From Macrostomum lignano (Eukaryota): a stretch of 64,000 nucleotides of DNA. The notes beneath the pieces were generated by a model. It was given only the letters and a program-made list of their open reading frames with translations. It did no database searches and was not told where the DNA came from. Below, piece by piece: positions 1 through 13,409 of this stretch. Numbering within the stretch: the stretch's first letter is position 1; every line of letters begins with the position of its first letter. The stretch is taken from contig NIVC01002101.1 of NCBI GenBank assembly GCA_002269645.1, positions 140,473-204,472 of the forward strand. The letters are read 5' to 3'. Both the position numbers and the translations under genes were made by a program.

Positions 1-3000
1 AAAGCAATACCTGTTTGTTGCCATGCTGGTACCACTTGTCTCTATTATATACATTACTATGAGCCGTCATAACTTGCATTTTTTCATGAGTTTCTATTTG
101 AGAAAATCTCTGTTGTGCTCAGCTGAGTAGCAGAGTCAGTGCGTTGGGGGACATCAAATGCGTTGCTGACCGACGCTAGAAAAAAAGATAATATTTGAGC
201 ACACTGCAGAGGGGTTGGGCTTTTGCTGACGAGTCGCATTTATATTGAGCTATTTTTTTTAATTTGTGTTTTTTTCTTCAAATTCATTGACAAAGATACT
301 GACGGCAGCTTTAAATTTGATCAGTTGCAATGCCTATTGTATTGTCTTGTGTATTTGTTGGTTAAGGCTATTTTTGTCAGACAGTTCCATGAGACATTGA
401 CAAATCAAATCAGGTATAAAAATAATTGCATTTCTAGTGCCAAATTAGCTTTAAAATGCAATTTGCTAGCCAATATTACTCACACCTGCATTTAGAGTCT
501 CAAGGATTGTAAATTTGAATTTTGTTTGCTTCAGAAGTTCACAGTCAATGTTCGAGTTAACTTTAATTCTTAAAATCGGGGGTTTGATTTTATTCAAATT
601 GACTGATTCTAGGTGTAGTAAAAGTCTAATAGGATCAATAGAATGAGCCAAAAACTGTGAAGAAATTATATTCGTTTCTTGGAAAACCTATTTACTATTT
701 TCCTATTTACTGGGAGTTAGTTTAAACAAATGTGGCTACGTAGGCGTCGCCATAGATTTTATGGTGCGCGGGGACAAAGCCAAGATATCTTTGGCTAGTT
801 TGCGCGGGCTGCGCTAACTGGCGTTTGTGTACGCTGCCCACCCCTGCCCCTCCCCGCGGCTTCCCCCACCCCGGTGTTGGGGGGGGGGGGGGGTTGCGTG
901 GCGGGGGTTTTATACCCCGCGGTTGGCTCTTTGGCCTCGCTGTCGCATTGCAATTGAAAAATTGAAGAAAAAAATTGAAACTGACGCTCATTTTGGCACC
1001 CTGTAGCAAAACTCTTGATTCCCATAGCGGGTCACAATTGATTGATTCGCCTTTTTATTCAACTCATTTCCTTGCATTGCATGTCCGAGATACAATGTCT
1101 ATTGAATCTATCACAATTGAGCTCGAGACGAAAAGGCGAGTTTAAGCTTTCCCTATTGTTAGTGTTTGGCGCTGTCAACAGTAGAAAGACCATGGGGTGC
1201 ATTTCAAATACACACATTTTTCTTTTGTCTGTATCTCCAAAAATATTCAACCAATTGCAATGAAAATCCAGAACACGGGCTAACATTTTCCGCTCTATTC
1301 GATGAAGCAACTTCGAGAATCATTAAAAATCGGCATTGTTGAGATATTCAACAATTCTCCTCGGGGCAAAAACCACCAACACTGGCTCAAAAAATCTCAT
1401 CATGAAACCACGTCGGCTCAACAAACTATGCATATCGGGTGCTTTTGTTGAAGGTCCCGACGGTCGCCGCCGATGCTCCAGACGGTGATGAAGGGGACCC
1501 TCGTTGCCTGGGATGCTGTGGCCTCTTTGACAGATGGACCCAGATTATTGAGCCAATATGATTCACCATAAAGGTTTATACAGTGTAGTGTTGGTTGTCC
1601 TTGCCACCAGTGTCTTCGACAAGAATCGTTGAATGTCTCGACGATGCTGACGTCGGCTGACTTTGAAAGTTAGTTCGTCGGAAAGGCAGAAAATTTTGAT
1701 CCATGTGGTGGACTTTAACGAAAATCGGTAATTCAGTTTGCGAGCTATCGTGAAATGGGTCGTGTGTATTTGTAATGCACTCCCCGTGGTCTTTCCCCAT
1801 GGGGAAAAATAGCCTGGTCTTTCTACTGCTAAAAGTTTTAGCTACTTATGTAATTTCGTTAGCTATATTTTAATGGCAAAAGCATCAGCTAGTGTTAAAA
1901 CAAAAAAACATTTACTTATTAACTCTGACTCAACTCTTACTTGATCAAAAGTTCTATCAAATTCTCAAAAAATCGCTTCTATGTCCCTTCTGTGTTTCAC
2001 CAATGCAGGTCAGCCTCGGAGGTGAGCCAGTGAATGCGCTAAATCCAGGACGGCCAGATGATAGGTCCCCAGACTATAGCTAGTGAGGCGGAGTCGACGA
2101 TCGATGCTCGTTGAATGCTGCCGCAGTCTTCTGCTTGTCTTCTTTTTTTAAATCCTAGTTTATAACTACGTACTCGTACGGATAAGCAAACTAAAGAGTA
2201 CATAATTAATTGTTCGGTTAAGATATATGATCATCTTTGAAAAGCCAGCTATACGTGTAACCGAAACCAGTAGGCATTTTATTTCAATTAAACAAAATTG
2301 TTATTATGAATCTCAACGAGTTTTTGAAAGCAACGGGGAAAGAATGCAAATTTGTTGTGTCTCTAATTAATAAAATTCGAATGAAAACATTTTCTGGGAA
2401 AAATTAGCAAGTTGACGTCTTGAGAAGCTATTAAAACAGTCAGTCAGCCGTGCATCCCTTTTCACCGCTTGATTTCCTAATTAAATAATTAGCGAAGCAA
2501 TTAATTTATAATGACTATACTTAGACTTATACCATGAGTAGTACAGTGCGTGAAGAAAGTTAAAATAAAAATTAATACAAAAATCCCATTACAAGAATCT
2601 GTGTGTTGAAAATAAATTTTCATTATGGGCTGTTATTTAGATGCCCCCAGTTAAGCAGACTTGGTCGCGGTTAGTACACAGCTTATTATAGTGTAATTAA
2701 GATAACAATTCCTAACTATAGTAGAAATTCTCAACTTTTCCTTATAGTCAAATGGTTCCCATGATGTTATTGTTTAAAGTCAGTTTTCCTATGTAGATCC
2801 AAAGATTCCCAACAAGTGCATGTAACACATTCACTAGCACACCCACTACCTTGATGCACACAATTTTGAAAAAATTTACGGTCCGTGATTTTTCTGTATA
2901 ACGTGTCTGCAGCCTTAAACTACTAAAATATTCAATATGAATAAACGAACCAATTTCTATATATATAGTTGTGTATAAAGATGAATTTGCAAGGCTTGTT

Positions 3001-3013
3001 AACTCGATCAGCT

Positions 3014-6000
3014 CTACTGCGCTTCATTGAACTGAGAACCGTAGTTTGCTGGCGGACCTCGCAGCTGCTCATCAGGTGCCATCGCGGCAGCAGCCAATCC
3101 ATTATTCGACAAACCCCCCGCCGACTTTGATGTCCGCCTGGTCTCGCTTAGAAACAGTCGCTCTGCAGCTGACTGAGCTGGGCCGACTGGGCGCGGCACG
3201 AGGCTGTGCCCGAGCCCCATGTACAGGCAGCTGAGACAGCACGCCAGCAGCACAAATATGAAGTGACCGATGGGGTAGGCACCCGAGCTGATGCCGTGCA
3301 TTGCCTGGAGTATTTTGGCAAAGGTAAACCACGCATACTCTGTCTGCGATAACCGTGCACTCCACTGGCCTCATGAGCCCCTTGGTTACCTGAGATATTC
3401 TCTTTGAGGCCCTTGGTTACCTGAGATATTCTCTTTGAGGCCCTTGGTTACCTGAGATATTCTCTTTAAGGCCCTTGGTTACCTGAGATATTCTCTATGA
3501 TCCCCTTGGTTACCTGAGAAATTCTCTATGATCCCCTTGGTTACCTGAGATATTCTCTATGAGGCCCTTGGTTACCTGAGATATTCTCTATGAGCCCCTT
3601 GGTTACCTGAGATATTCTCTATGAGCCCCTTAGTTACCTGAGATATTCACTATGAGCCCCTTAGTTACCTGAGATATTCTCTATGAGCCCCTTGGTTACC
3701 TGAGATATTCTTTATGAGCCCCTTGGTTACCTGAAATATTCTCTATGAGCCCCTTGGTTACCTGAGATATTCTCTATGATCCCCTTGGTTGCCAGCAATC
3801 CCAAACTCACCGCAGCCATCACCACTGGAAGCACAGCCTCTCCAAGAGCGGCTGAAGACACCAGGCAAAGTGTGGCGTCCTCTGCAAATGGCAAATTTGG
3901 CGGGTCTTTGACGGCAGCCTGCAGTGCATCGCTTAATCGGCCAAGAGATGCCAATGATCAATGGGAAGTTGATTTTCATTAGCCTCTAACTCAATTATCC
4001 GCTAGAGTTTCTACAAAGAATAACAACCAATTAAAGTATAATTGCGTTGCATCAAGTGGAACTCACTGGTGACCCGAATGAGCTGCTCAGTCAGTGCCAG
4101 CAGAGCCGGCATGCAGTGGCTGACGAAAAACCCTGTAGCTGCCGTGGCTGCAAACAGCAGCCCGATGCTGTCCTGCCCGAACACAAACAGCATTGCCGAC
4201 GCGACCAGGCCGACCTTTGATTTTGTACAAATACGCTCATTTGTCTACTTGAAGTAAAAAGTTCAACATATCTATAGTTTTTGTATAAAATTCTAATCAG
4301 ATTTCGACGTAATTTTCACTAAAATAGAAAATATTATCCAGCCTCTGCTCATTTGAATACTTATAGTAAAAAGTAAGCCATCGATCTAACACCATTTTTT
4401 ATTGTCAGTTTAATCGAAATATGACGTCATTCTCATCTGAATGTGAAATCAAACCGTAGCCAAGTTATTTGCTAAAGGGCACAAATAGTTCCAGTTGGAT
4501 CGTGAATCGAACCCCCGACCTTCAAGTCGTGAATCAGACGCTCTAACCACCACCACAACCCCTTCACCATAGTCTACTCACAGTTAAGCGTAACATGTAG
4601 CTTCTTTATTAAAAACACCTATCACAAAAGTATAACAAATCTATCCTTAAGACTATAGTTGCAATTCCAGCATAAGTCCTACTCACCATATCGATAGACA
4701 GGATGCCAATGCTACTCAGCTTGAGACTTAAAAATATGCCCGAAAGCCGGCCAATCAGAGTGAAGCCCTGTGTATAATTTTTATTCATATCAATGGTTAA
4801 TATTCTTGCATCTTAATTTAATAAAAGGCCAGACAACAAGAGCTTCGTAAGCGTATCAGCTGTACGCACCCAGAAAGTGGCTGGCAGGTAGGCAGTTTTG
4901 CCTCTATCCTCTCGAGTTCTCAGAGTTCGCATGGAGAATGCGAAGATCAGGCTGCTGTAGCTGCCCTGCAAATTGACAGACCAGGGGGTAGAGAGTGGAG
5001 GATGAGGGAGACATGGGAGGGTAGAGAGGGGAGGATGAGAGAGACATGGGAGGGTAGAGAGTGGAGTGGATGAGAGAGACATGGGAGGGTAGAGAGGGGT
5101 GGATGAGAGAGACATGGGAGGGTAGAGAGTGGAGTGGATGAGAGAGACATGGGAGGGTAGAGAGGGGTGGATGAGAGAGACATGGGAGGGTAGAGAGGGG
5201 AGGATGAGGGAGACATGGGAGGGTAGAGAGGGGAGGATGAGGGAGACATGGGAGGGTAGAGAGTGGAGGATGAAGAAGACATGGGAGGGTAGAGAGTGGA
5301 GGATGAGGGAAACACGGGAGGGTAGAGAGTGGAGGATGAGAGAGACATGGGAGGGTAGAGAGGGGAGGATGAGGGAGACACCGGGGGTAGAGAGGAGAGA
5401 GGATGAAGAAGACATGGGAGGGTAGAGAGTGGAGGATGAAGAAGACATGGGAGGGTAGAGAGTGGAGGATGAGGGAAACATGGGAGGGTAGAGAGTGGAG
5501 GATGAGAGAGACATGGGAGGGTAGAGAGTGGAGGATGAGGGAGACACCGGGGGTAGAGAGGAGAGAGGATGAAGAAGACATGGGAGGGTAGAGAGTGGAG
5601 GATGAGGGAAACATGGGAGAGTAGAGAGTGGAGGATGAGAGAGACATGGGAGGGTAGAGAGTGGAGGATGAGAGAGACATGGGAGGGTAGAGAGGGGAGG
5701 ATGAGGGAGACACCGGGGGTAGAGAGGAGAGAGGATGAGGGAGACACGGGAGGGTAGAGAGGGGTGGATGAGGGAGACACGGCATGACAAGAACTCAGCA
5801 ACCTTGGCTGTCACTCACCAGAATGCCATCAAGTGCGAAAGCGCACAGCGAAGCAAACAACAGGATGCAGCAGGTGGCTGACGAGCTGATTGCAACTGGA
5901 TCAGCATCTTCAGCTTCATCTTGGTCTTAAAGTGCACGGCAAAGATACTGGATTTATGTTTATGAGTTATTTTGGACCGGTTCAATACAGGTGTTATGGA

Positions 6001-9000
6001 TCTGAGACAGGTGATTTGTCATCTGAGACAGGTGATTTGTCATCTGAGACAGGTGATTTGTCATCTGAGACAGGTGATTAGGGATCTGAGACAGGTGATT
6101 AGAGATCTAAAAATGGTGATTAGAGATCTGAGATAGGTGATTAGGGATATGAGACAGGGGATTAGGGATCTGAGAGAGGTGATTAGAGACCTGAGACAGG
6201 TGATTATGGATCTGAGACAGGTGATTAGGGATCTGAGACAGGTGATTATGGATCTGAGACAGGTGATTAGGGATCTGAGACAGGTGTATGGATCTGAGAC
6301 AGGTGATTATGGATCTGAGACAGGTGATTATGGATCTGAGACAGGTGATTAGGGATCTGAGACAGGTGATTAGGGATCTGAGACAGGTGATTAGGGATCT
6401 GAGACAGGTGATTATGGATCTGAGACAGGTGATTAGGGATCTGAGACAGGTGATTAGGGATCTGAGACAGGTGATTATGGATCTGAGACAGGTGAATATG
6501 GATCTGAGACAGGTGATTATGGATCTGAGACAGGTGATTATGGATCTGAGACAGGTGATTATGGATCTGAGACAGGTGATTATGGATCTGAGACAGGTGA
6601 TTAGGGATCTGAGACAGGTGATTATGGATCTGAGACAGGTGATTAGGGATCTGAGACAGGTGATTAGGGATCTGAGACAGGTGATTAGGGATCTGAGACA
6701 GGTGATTATGGATCTGAGACAGGTGATTAGGGATCTGAGACAGGTGATTATGGATCTGAGACAGGTGATTAGGGATCTGAGACAGGTGATTAGGGATCTG
6801 AGACAGGTGATTAGGGATCTGAGACAGGTGATTAGAGATCTAAAAATGGTGATTAGAGATCTGAGACAGGGGATTAGGGATCTGAGAGAGGTGATTATGG
6901 ATCTGAGATAGGTGATTAGGGATATGAGACAGGTGATTAGGGATCTGAGACAGGTGATTAGGGATCTGAGACAGGTGATTAGGGATCTGAGACAGGTGAT
7001 TATGGATCTGAGACAGGTGATTAGGGATCTGAGACAGGTGATTAGGGATCTGAGACAGGTGATTAGGGATCTGAGACAGGTGATTATGGATCTGAGACAG
7101 GTGATTAGGGATCTGAGACAGGTGATTAGAGATCTAAAAATGGTGATTAGAGATCTGAGATAGGTGATTAGGGATATGAGACAGGGGATTAGGGATCTGA
7201 GAGAGGTGATTATGGATCTGAGATAGGTGATTAGGGATATGAGACAGGTGATTAGAGATCTGAGACAGGTGATTAGGGATCTGAGACAGGTGATTAGGGA
7301 TCTGAGACAGGTGATTATGGATCTGAGACAGGTGGTTATGGATCTGAGACAGGTGATTAGGGATCTGAGACAGGTGTATGGATCTGAGACAGGTGATTAT
7401 GGATCTGAGACAGGTGATTAGGGATCTGAGACAGGTGATTAGGGATCTGAGACAGGTGATTAGGGATCTGAGACAGGTGATTAGGGATCTGAGACAGGTG
7501 ATTATGGATCTGAGACAGGTGATTAGGGATCTGAGACAGGTGATTAGGGATCTGAGACAGGTGATTATGGATCTGAGACAGGTGATTAGGGATCTGAGAC
7601 AGGTGATTAGAGATTTAAGACAGGTTTAGAAGCAGGTTGTCTGATTTGGAATATTCAACTAAGACTCGGAGGCATGGATCTTATGTAGGATTGCATAAAA
7701 AAATATCTAAACATAACGGCCACTCCAGCCTCACCATCATCCGTGAGAATCTCCATCTCTGTCCTGTTAATTCTGAGCATCTCCTTGAAGGTTAGCACGC
7801 ACATTGATACCATTATCGGAGCCTGCAAAGTGCGGTGCTGCGAATTGCAATTTCAAACCAAAAATTTGAACTTGAAATTTCTTAAATTTCTCACCTGAAA
7901 AGCGGCGATCACAAAGAAGGGGTATCGAACTCGGGACAGCACTGATTCCAGCTCGTCGTCCACTGTGTACACTGTGGCCGAGGACACCTCGCGAGCTGCC
8001 GGAGGTGCAGCAGCCGCCGCGGCCTCCGCCTCAGGCAGGGTGCAGTTCAGCCACTCGTGCGGCGCCGGGTGAGACAGGAAAGCGCCGATGATGAGGGGCG
8101 ACACGAAGGCGCCCAGGCTCTGGCAGAAGAACATGGCCTGCAGGAATGGCCCGGCTTGGCTTCTGTAGAGCTGCAGCAGCTGCGCGTTGCAGAAGAACTC
8201 CAGGCAGCCCTCCAGCAGCCCCATGGCGCTGAAGGCGAAGGCCAGGCCGGTGAGGCTGCGACACAGCGGCACCAGCAGGAAGCAGCAGGGCATCAGGGTG
8301 GCCACCATCAGCAGCAGCAGGTGGACTCCCAGCCTGCCGGGTGCATCAGCGAGACAGGAATCTATTGTTCAGGCTCTTTAAATAGTCAGCTGAGTAGCCT
8401 GGGTCCTTTATGACGGAGCAGCTCTGCTGGTGTAAACGCGTCTAGCCTGACTCTGGTTGATTCCGCTAAATTTATCCCTCCAAAGCACAGACAGTGTACA
8501 TGCCTGGACGATTAGAGAGTCACAAGAGAGAGTACAGGTGTTAATGCACTTGTAATTTGCTCAGGAGACGGCTCACCTTCATGCAACTCTCATAAGTTAT
8601 AAGATAAGTATGCATACACACGCTCACACAGGGTGTGGAAAACTCAAGTAGAAGAGGAGACAACTACGGTTTCTTGGAAAACTTTTAAGATCAGGCAGGA
8701 TTTACCGAAAATAGTGCATTCCGGAGATGAAGGTTTTCATTTTTTGAGCACAAACATTGTAATTGCCTTCAGTAGGAGGCAGGTCCAGTGTTCTCAGCAA
8801 CATTGAAAAGTCGCCATCACAGTGGATTCCGTCTGTGGTCGCCACATTTGAGAGTGCAGGTAAAGTCTCTCAATCTTTGCGAGTGACGCAACTAAGCTAG
8901 TTGGGGAATGAAGTGGGGTGGGCTTTGTGCGAGAGTTGGACGGATTAAAGCTACCCCAATCAGTTTCCTCGTATTTTTCATTTCAGAATAGTCCAAGAGA

Positions 9001-11487
9001 GATTGCTCACTGGAGCATGTGGAAACTTCTCAATGTTGCTGAGTATATACTCAAAGGACCTTTTTGTTTTCATAGCTGACAGCTAGCTGACAGAGTCTAT
9101 CTGTACTATATTTTTATAATTGACACATCTATATTCTAGTACCCCAATTTTCTAAACTATAAGCTTTAAGAAAGGCACAGCATATCAAAAGATGAACACT
9201 GCGCCTGCGTCCTATCAAAAGCAATAACAAAGTTTTGTGCTGAAAAAATGAAAACCTCCATTCTGCTTTATGATTCTTAGTTGGCAGTGACTATTCGTCC
9301 GGTACCGGCTGAGCTGCGTGAGTTGGCACTCTGCGCATCTTTTCTAGCAAGGTATACTAGCGTGATGTTAGAGTGTCAGTACTGAGTTCGAGTCTGTAGT
9401 GAAGACTCTACTTTTTTATTGTTACAACTCCAAGTGTTATTGTAATAACTCTAAGTCCTTACTTTGGCGTTTGTGTTATAGAACAGCAAATATCGTTATT
9501 AATTTTGACTGTACTAAGACTACTGTTTACTGTGAAACCAAAACATACCGATATGTATCGAACGAAATATAATAAAGGTAAAAATTATACAAAACTGCTG
9601 GATCGGGCAATGACATGTAGACTATGCCCAAGTATTTTTTGCCCAAAGTTCTAGCCTAAAAGTGAACTATACACTACTTTTTTGAGTATTCCCTGTGTTT
9701 TACAAGTTTTTATTACATATCCACATCCGTACTGTGCCGGACGAATAACTTCCTTTGGTGTACATATCGGCCTCTCGGACTTTCTAATCGTCAGCGATGA
9801 ACACTCTCTGTGCCTTCGGGAGAATCAGGAATCGCGGCACGAGAGTCAGACCTGTCTACCTTTGAGCTGCTCTGAAATCCTCGAAACAAATCTGAAATCC
9901 CCTTAGAAAATCTCCCCAGAAAACTGACCTGCCTCGACGCGTTTCCACGGTGAAGAAATTCCTGCAATTTTATCGAATTTTGAGGGTGGGTTTTAGTTTG
10001 AAAATTATTAGGCTGGGGATTGAAATGATTTTATTTCAGGCTTTCTTTGACTATTGACAATTTTCATTTCTTTGAAAAATTACACAAAGGCGGATTAAGA
10101 GATTAGTGCGAATATGAAATAGCTTGCTTTGATTGAAAAATGGCAGATTAAATATTTTGGAGCCCGTTTTCGAATATTTATGTGAATGGATAGAATATTT
10201 TGCCTCTTGAGTCAGCGCTGAGATTTTGGGAGAGTTGCTCAGTGATGATTTGTGTCTGTCATCAGTGATGATTTGTGTCTGTCATCAGTGATGATTTGTG
10301 TCTGTCTGTCATCAGTGATGATTTGTGTCTGTCTGTCATCAGTGTTGGTTTGTGTCTGTCTGCAATCAGTGATGATTTGTGTCTGTCATCAGTGATGGTT
10401 TGTGTCTGTCTGTCGTCAGTGATGGTTTGTGTCTGTCTGTCATCAGTGATGGTTTGTGTCTGTCTGTCGTCAGTGATGGTTTGTGTCTGTCTGTCATCAG
10501 TGATGGTTTGTGTCTGTCTGTCATCAGTGATGATTTGTGTCTGTCATCAGTGATGATTTGTGTCTGTCATCAGTGATGATTTATGTCTGTCATCAGTGAT
10601 GATTTGTGTCTGTCTGTATTCAGTGATGATTTGTGTCTGTCTGTCATCAGTGATGATTTGTGTCTGTCATCACTGATGATTTGTGTCTGTCATCAGTAAT
10701 GGTTTGTGTCTGCCATCAGTGATGATTTGTGTTTGTCTGTCATCAGTGATGGTTTGTGTCTGCCATCAGTGATGATTTGTGTCTGTCTGTCATCAGTGAG
10801 GATTTGTGTCTGTCTGCCATCAGTGATGATTTGTGCCTGTCTGTCTTCAGTGATGATTTGTGTCTGTCTGTCATCAGTGAGGATTTGTGTCTGTCTGTCA
10901 TCAGTGATGATTTGTGTCTGTCATCAGTGATGATTTGTGTCTGTCATCAGTGATGATTTGTGTCTGTCTGTCATCAGTGATGGTTTGTGTCTGTCTGTCA
11001 TCAGTGATGGTTTGTGTCTGTCATCAGTGATGATTTGTGTCTGTCTGTCATCAGTGATGATTTGTGTCTGTCATCAGTGATGGTTTGTGTCTGTCATCAG
11101 TGATGATTTGTGTCTGTCATCAGTGATGGTTTGTGTCTGTCATCAGTGATGATTTGTGTCTGCCATCAGTGATGATTTGTCTCATTATTTGTGTTGAACT
11201 TGCCTTCTATTCAGGCAGCCCACCGCCAGGGTGACCATGAGCACTGACAGCTCGTGGAAGAGGAACAGGAAGGCGATTCTCTGCTCGCTTGTTCTCGCCA
11301 GACAGGCCAGTCCAGGCAGGGCGGCCCCCAAGCTGGCGTCCGACATGCCGACCAGGGAGAACAGCAGGCAGTAGTTCACCGTCCGCAGCAGGTTGGACCG
11401 CAGCAGCGACAGGTGTCGCCGAGGCGACTGCAACTGCGGAGGGTCTCCGTTGGATTTGGGGGCCGCTGCTGCATTTTTGACTTCCAT
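3014..11487 (-). CDS. MFS transporter, MFSD4/sodium-dependent glucose transporter 1-like, 9 exons, ~534 aa
   Basis: Hand-built frame-consistent model with exons 11487-11204, 8333-7895, 7822-7735, 5925-5819, 4965-4870, 4767-4687, 4214-4067, 3881-3811, 3304-3014 (1605 nt = 535 codons including stop). All acceptors are AG; donors are GT except intron 1 (GC). Hydrophobic helices and MFSD4-like motifs: GMSDASLGAAL, GPFLQAMFFCQSLGAFVSPLII, AYLPATFW|GFTLIGRLSGIF, AALGEAVLP. Confidence 0.85.
3374..3790. repeat. Minisatellite, ~31-32 bp unit (gagccccttggttacctgagatattctctat), ~13 copies, in intron 8 of the MFS gene
   Basis: Tandem units read directly from the sequence. Confidence 0.95.
4465..4568 (-). 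mobile_element. tRNA-derived SINE (tRNA-Val-like head) in MFS intron 6
   Basis: Reverse complement reads ggggttgtggtggtggttagagcgtctgattcacgacttgaaggtcgggggttcgattcacgatcc, with B-box GGTTCGATTC and a CAC-centred loop. The 3' non-tRNA tail (tggaac.atttgtg.cc.t.tagca) is shared with the copy at 40990-41092. Confidence 0.7.
4985..5781. repeat. Purine-rich minisatellite, ~31 bp unit (gagagacatgggagggtagagagtggaggat), in MFS intron 4
   Basis: Tandem units with a recurring caccgggggtagagaggagag variant; explains the long repetitive ORFs at 4813-5814. Confidence 0.95.
5997..7625. repeat. Minisatellite, 21 bp unit (ggatctgagacaggtgattag/tat), ~75 copies, in MFS intron 3
   Basis: Tandem units; the variant block agatctaaaaatggtg recurs near 6100, 6835 and 7130. 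Confidence 0.97.
10241..11182. repeat. Minisatellite, 21/25 bp unit (gtgatgatttgtgtctgtc[tgtc]atca), in MFS intron 1
   Basis: Tandem units; each junction forms the palindrome TCATCA-G-TGATGA. Confidence 0.97.
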
Positions 11488-11594
11488 CTGGAGTTTGGCG
11501 ACGGGGGTTCTGTGCTGAGCCTTGACAACTTTAGTCAGACATCAAGTCAGTGAGAATGTTCAGTGAGAATCAGTGAGACCAAATGAGAATTAAG

Positions 11595-11905
11595 TGAGAG
11601 TCAGAGGAGAATCAGTGAGACATCAAGCAAGAACCAAAGGAGAATCGAGTGAGAGTCAGAGGAGAATCAGTGAGACATCAAGCAAGAACCAAATGAGAAT
11701 CGAGGAGAGTCAGAGGAGAATCAGTGAGACATCAAGCAAGAACCAAATGAGAATCGAGGAGAGTCAGAGAATAATCAGTGAGACATCAAGCAAGAACCAA
11801 ATGAGAATCGAGTGAGGGTCAGAGGAGAATCAGTGAGACATCAAGCAAGAACCAAAGGAAAATCGAGTGAGGGTCAGAGGAGAATCAGTGAGACATCAAG
11901 CAAGA
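11595..11905. repeat. Tandem repeat, ~55-57 bp unit (gagtcagaggagaatcagtgagacatcaagcaagaaccaaatgagaatcga), 5-6 copies, just upstream of the MFS start
   Basis: Units read directly. Confidence 0.9.
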
Positions 11906-12627
11906 TGTCAATAGACAATAGATGAGACAATGAGACAATAAAAATCTCGCTAGAATCCAGCAATGTCAAACTCACCGCACTTGAGCAGCTCCGAGCCCTC
12001 AAGAAATTGTCAGTTGGTGGCTGCAGAGCTGAAATCACTACTCCACTTCGAGTCGGATCCCATATTTATTGGGGAAATTTTGCTTCCCCAGCCAACCACC
12101 GCGCCTCGTAGCGGAAACGTTCGGGAAAATTTAGGGATTCTACAATGCTTTTTTGACTTCCTGCCTTTTACCGTGTTTCGGATCGCAGATCCTAGCAATT
12201 CAAGAAAGGACAGATACCCTCCTACGTGTATATATATTTAGGAAATTGAAGACGACACTTTTTATTGCCTTCGAAGGCTGATTCCATTTATTGGATTCCA
12301 ATTGATTGCAGACTGGCCCAGCTCTGGGCTGGGTTCCTGCTCCAACACTGGCAGCATATTGCTTCCTGCAGCTCAGCTCAAGCCAGCAATGGGGTAGGGA
12401 GCTCACATGGCAGAGAGCTTCAAGTAATTTTAATTGCTAAATTTCTTAAATGTTGAGCGGGGCTTGAGTTCACTACCGACTTGCTCACTGAATAATGGCC
12501 GGAGCTGGTGGCTTGGCTTGGGACCGGCTGACTGATATAGTTTGGCATGGCTCGGCTGAACCCGAATGCCACGTATTGACTGGCATGCGTGCAGGCATGA
12601 AAGGACAGGATAAGGACAAGTACGAAT

Positions 12628-13086
12628 ACAGGCACTGATACAGGCACTGATACAGGCACTGATACAGGCACTGATACAGGCACTGATACAGGCACTGATA
12701 CAGGCACTGATACAGGCACTCATACAGGCACTGATACAGGCACTGATACAGGCACTCATACAGGCACTGATACAGGCACTCATACAGGCACTGATACAGG
12801 CACTTATACAGGCACTCATACAGGCACTCATACAGGCACTGATACAGGCACTCATACAGGCACTCATACAGGCACTCATACAGGCACTCATACAGGCACT
12901 GATACAGGCACTCATACAGGCACTGATACAGGCACTCATACAGGCACTGATACAGGCACTCATACAGGCACTCATACAGGCACTCATACAGGCACTGATA
13001 CAGGCACTGATACAGGCACTCATACAGGCACTGATGCAGGCACTGATACAGGCACTGATACAGGCACTCATACAGGCACTGATACA
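12628..13086. repeat. 12 bp minisatellite (caggcactgata / caggcactcata), ~38 copies
   Basis: Units read directly. Confidence 0.97.
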
Positions 13087-13114
13087 GAAACTGAAACAAA
13101 CAGTGAAGGACAAA

Positions 13115-13208
13115 GATAGACAGACACACAGACAGACAGGCAGACAGACAGACATACACACACAGACAGACAGACACTCTGACAGACAGACAGACAGACA
13201 GACACTCT

Positions 13209-13240
<32 letters not shown>

Positions 13241-13256
13241 CTAAGACAGACAGACC

Positions 13257-13320
<64 letters not shown>

Positions 13321-13335
13321 CTAAGACAGACACTA

Positions 13336-13408
<73 letters not shown>

Positions 13409-13409
13409 G
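13115..13409. repeat. (GACA)n microsatellite
   Basis: Long, nearly pure GACA run with few interruptions. Confidence 0.97.

Noticed and set aside
870-900. tgtt-polyG-tt motif with a reverse-complement match at ~34464-34482
   Set aside because: Similarity is limited to a homopolymer with 2-4 flanking bases.
1440-2083. Possible terminal exons of a plus-strand gene entering from the left (e.g. cag|GTCAGCCTCGGAGGT...TAG at ~2008-2083)
   Set aside because: No recognisable protein and no frame-consistent chain could be built.
4813-7629. Long ORFs (up to 333 aa) such as SLILHSLPSHV and DLRQVIR repeats
   Set aside because: They are translations of intronic minisatellites, open in several frames and both strands because the unit lacks stops.
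8790-9045. ~14-20 bp inverted repeat (ctcagcaacattga / tcaatgttgctgag) in MFS intron 1
   Set aside because: Short, with no TSD or family evidence; probably a decayed element end.
10241-11182. Hammerhead ribozyme array (CTGATGA in each unit on the minus strand)
   Set aside because: No GAAA core or stems I-III are present.
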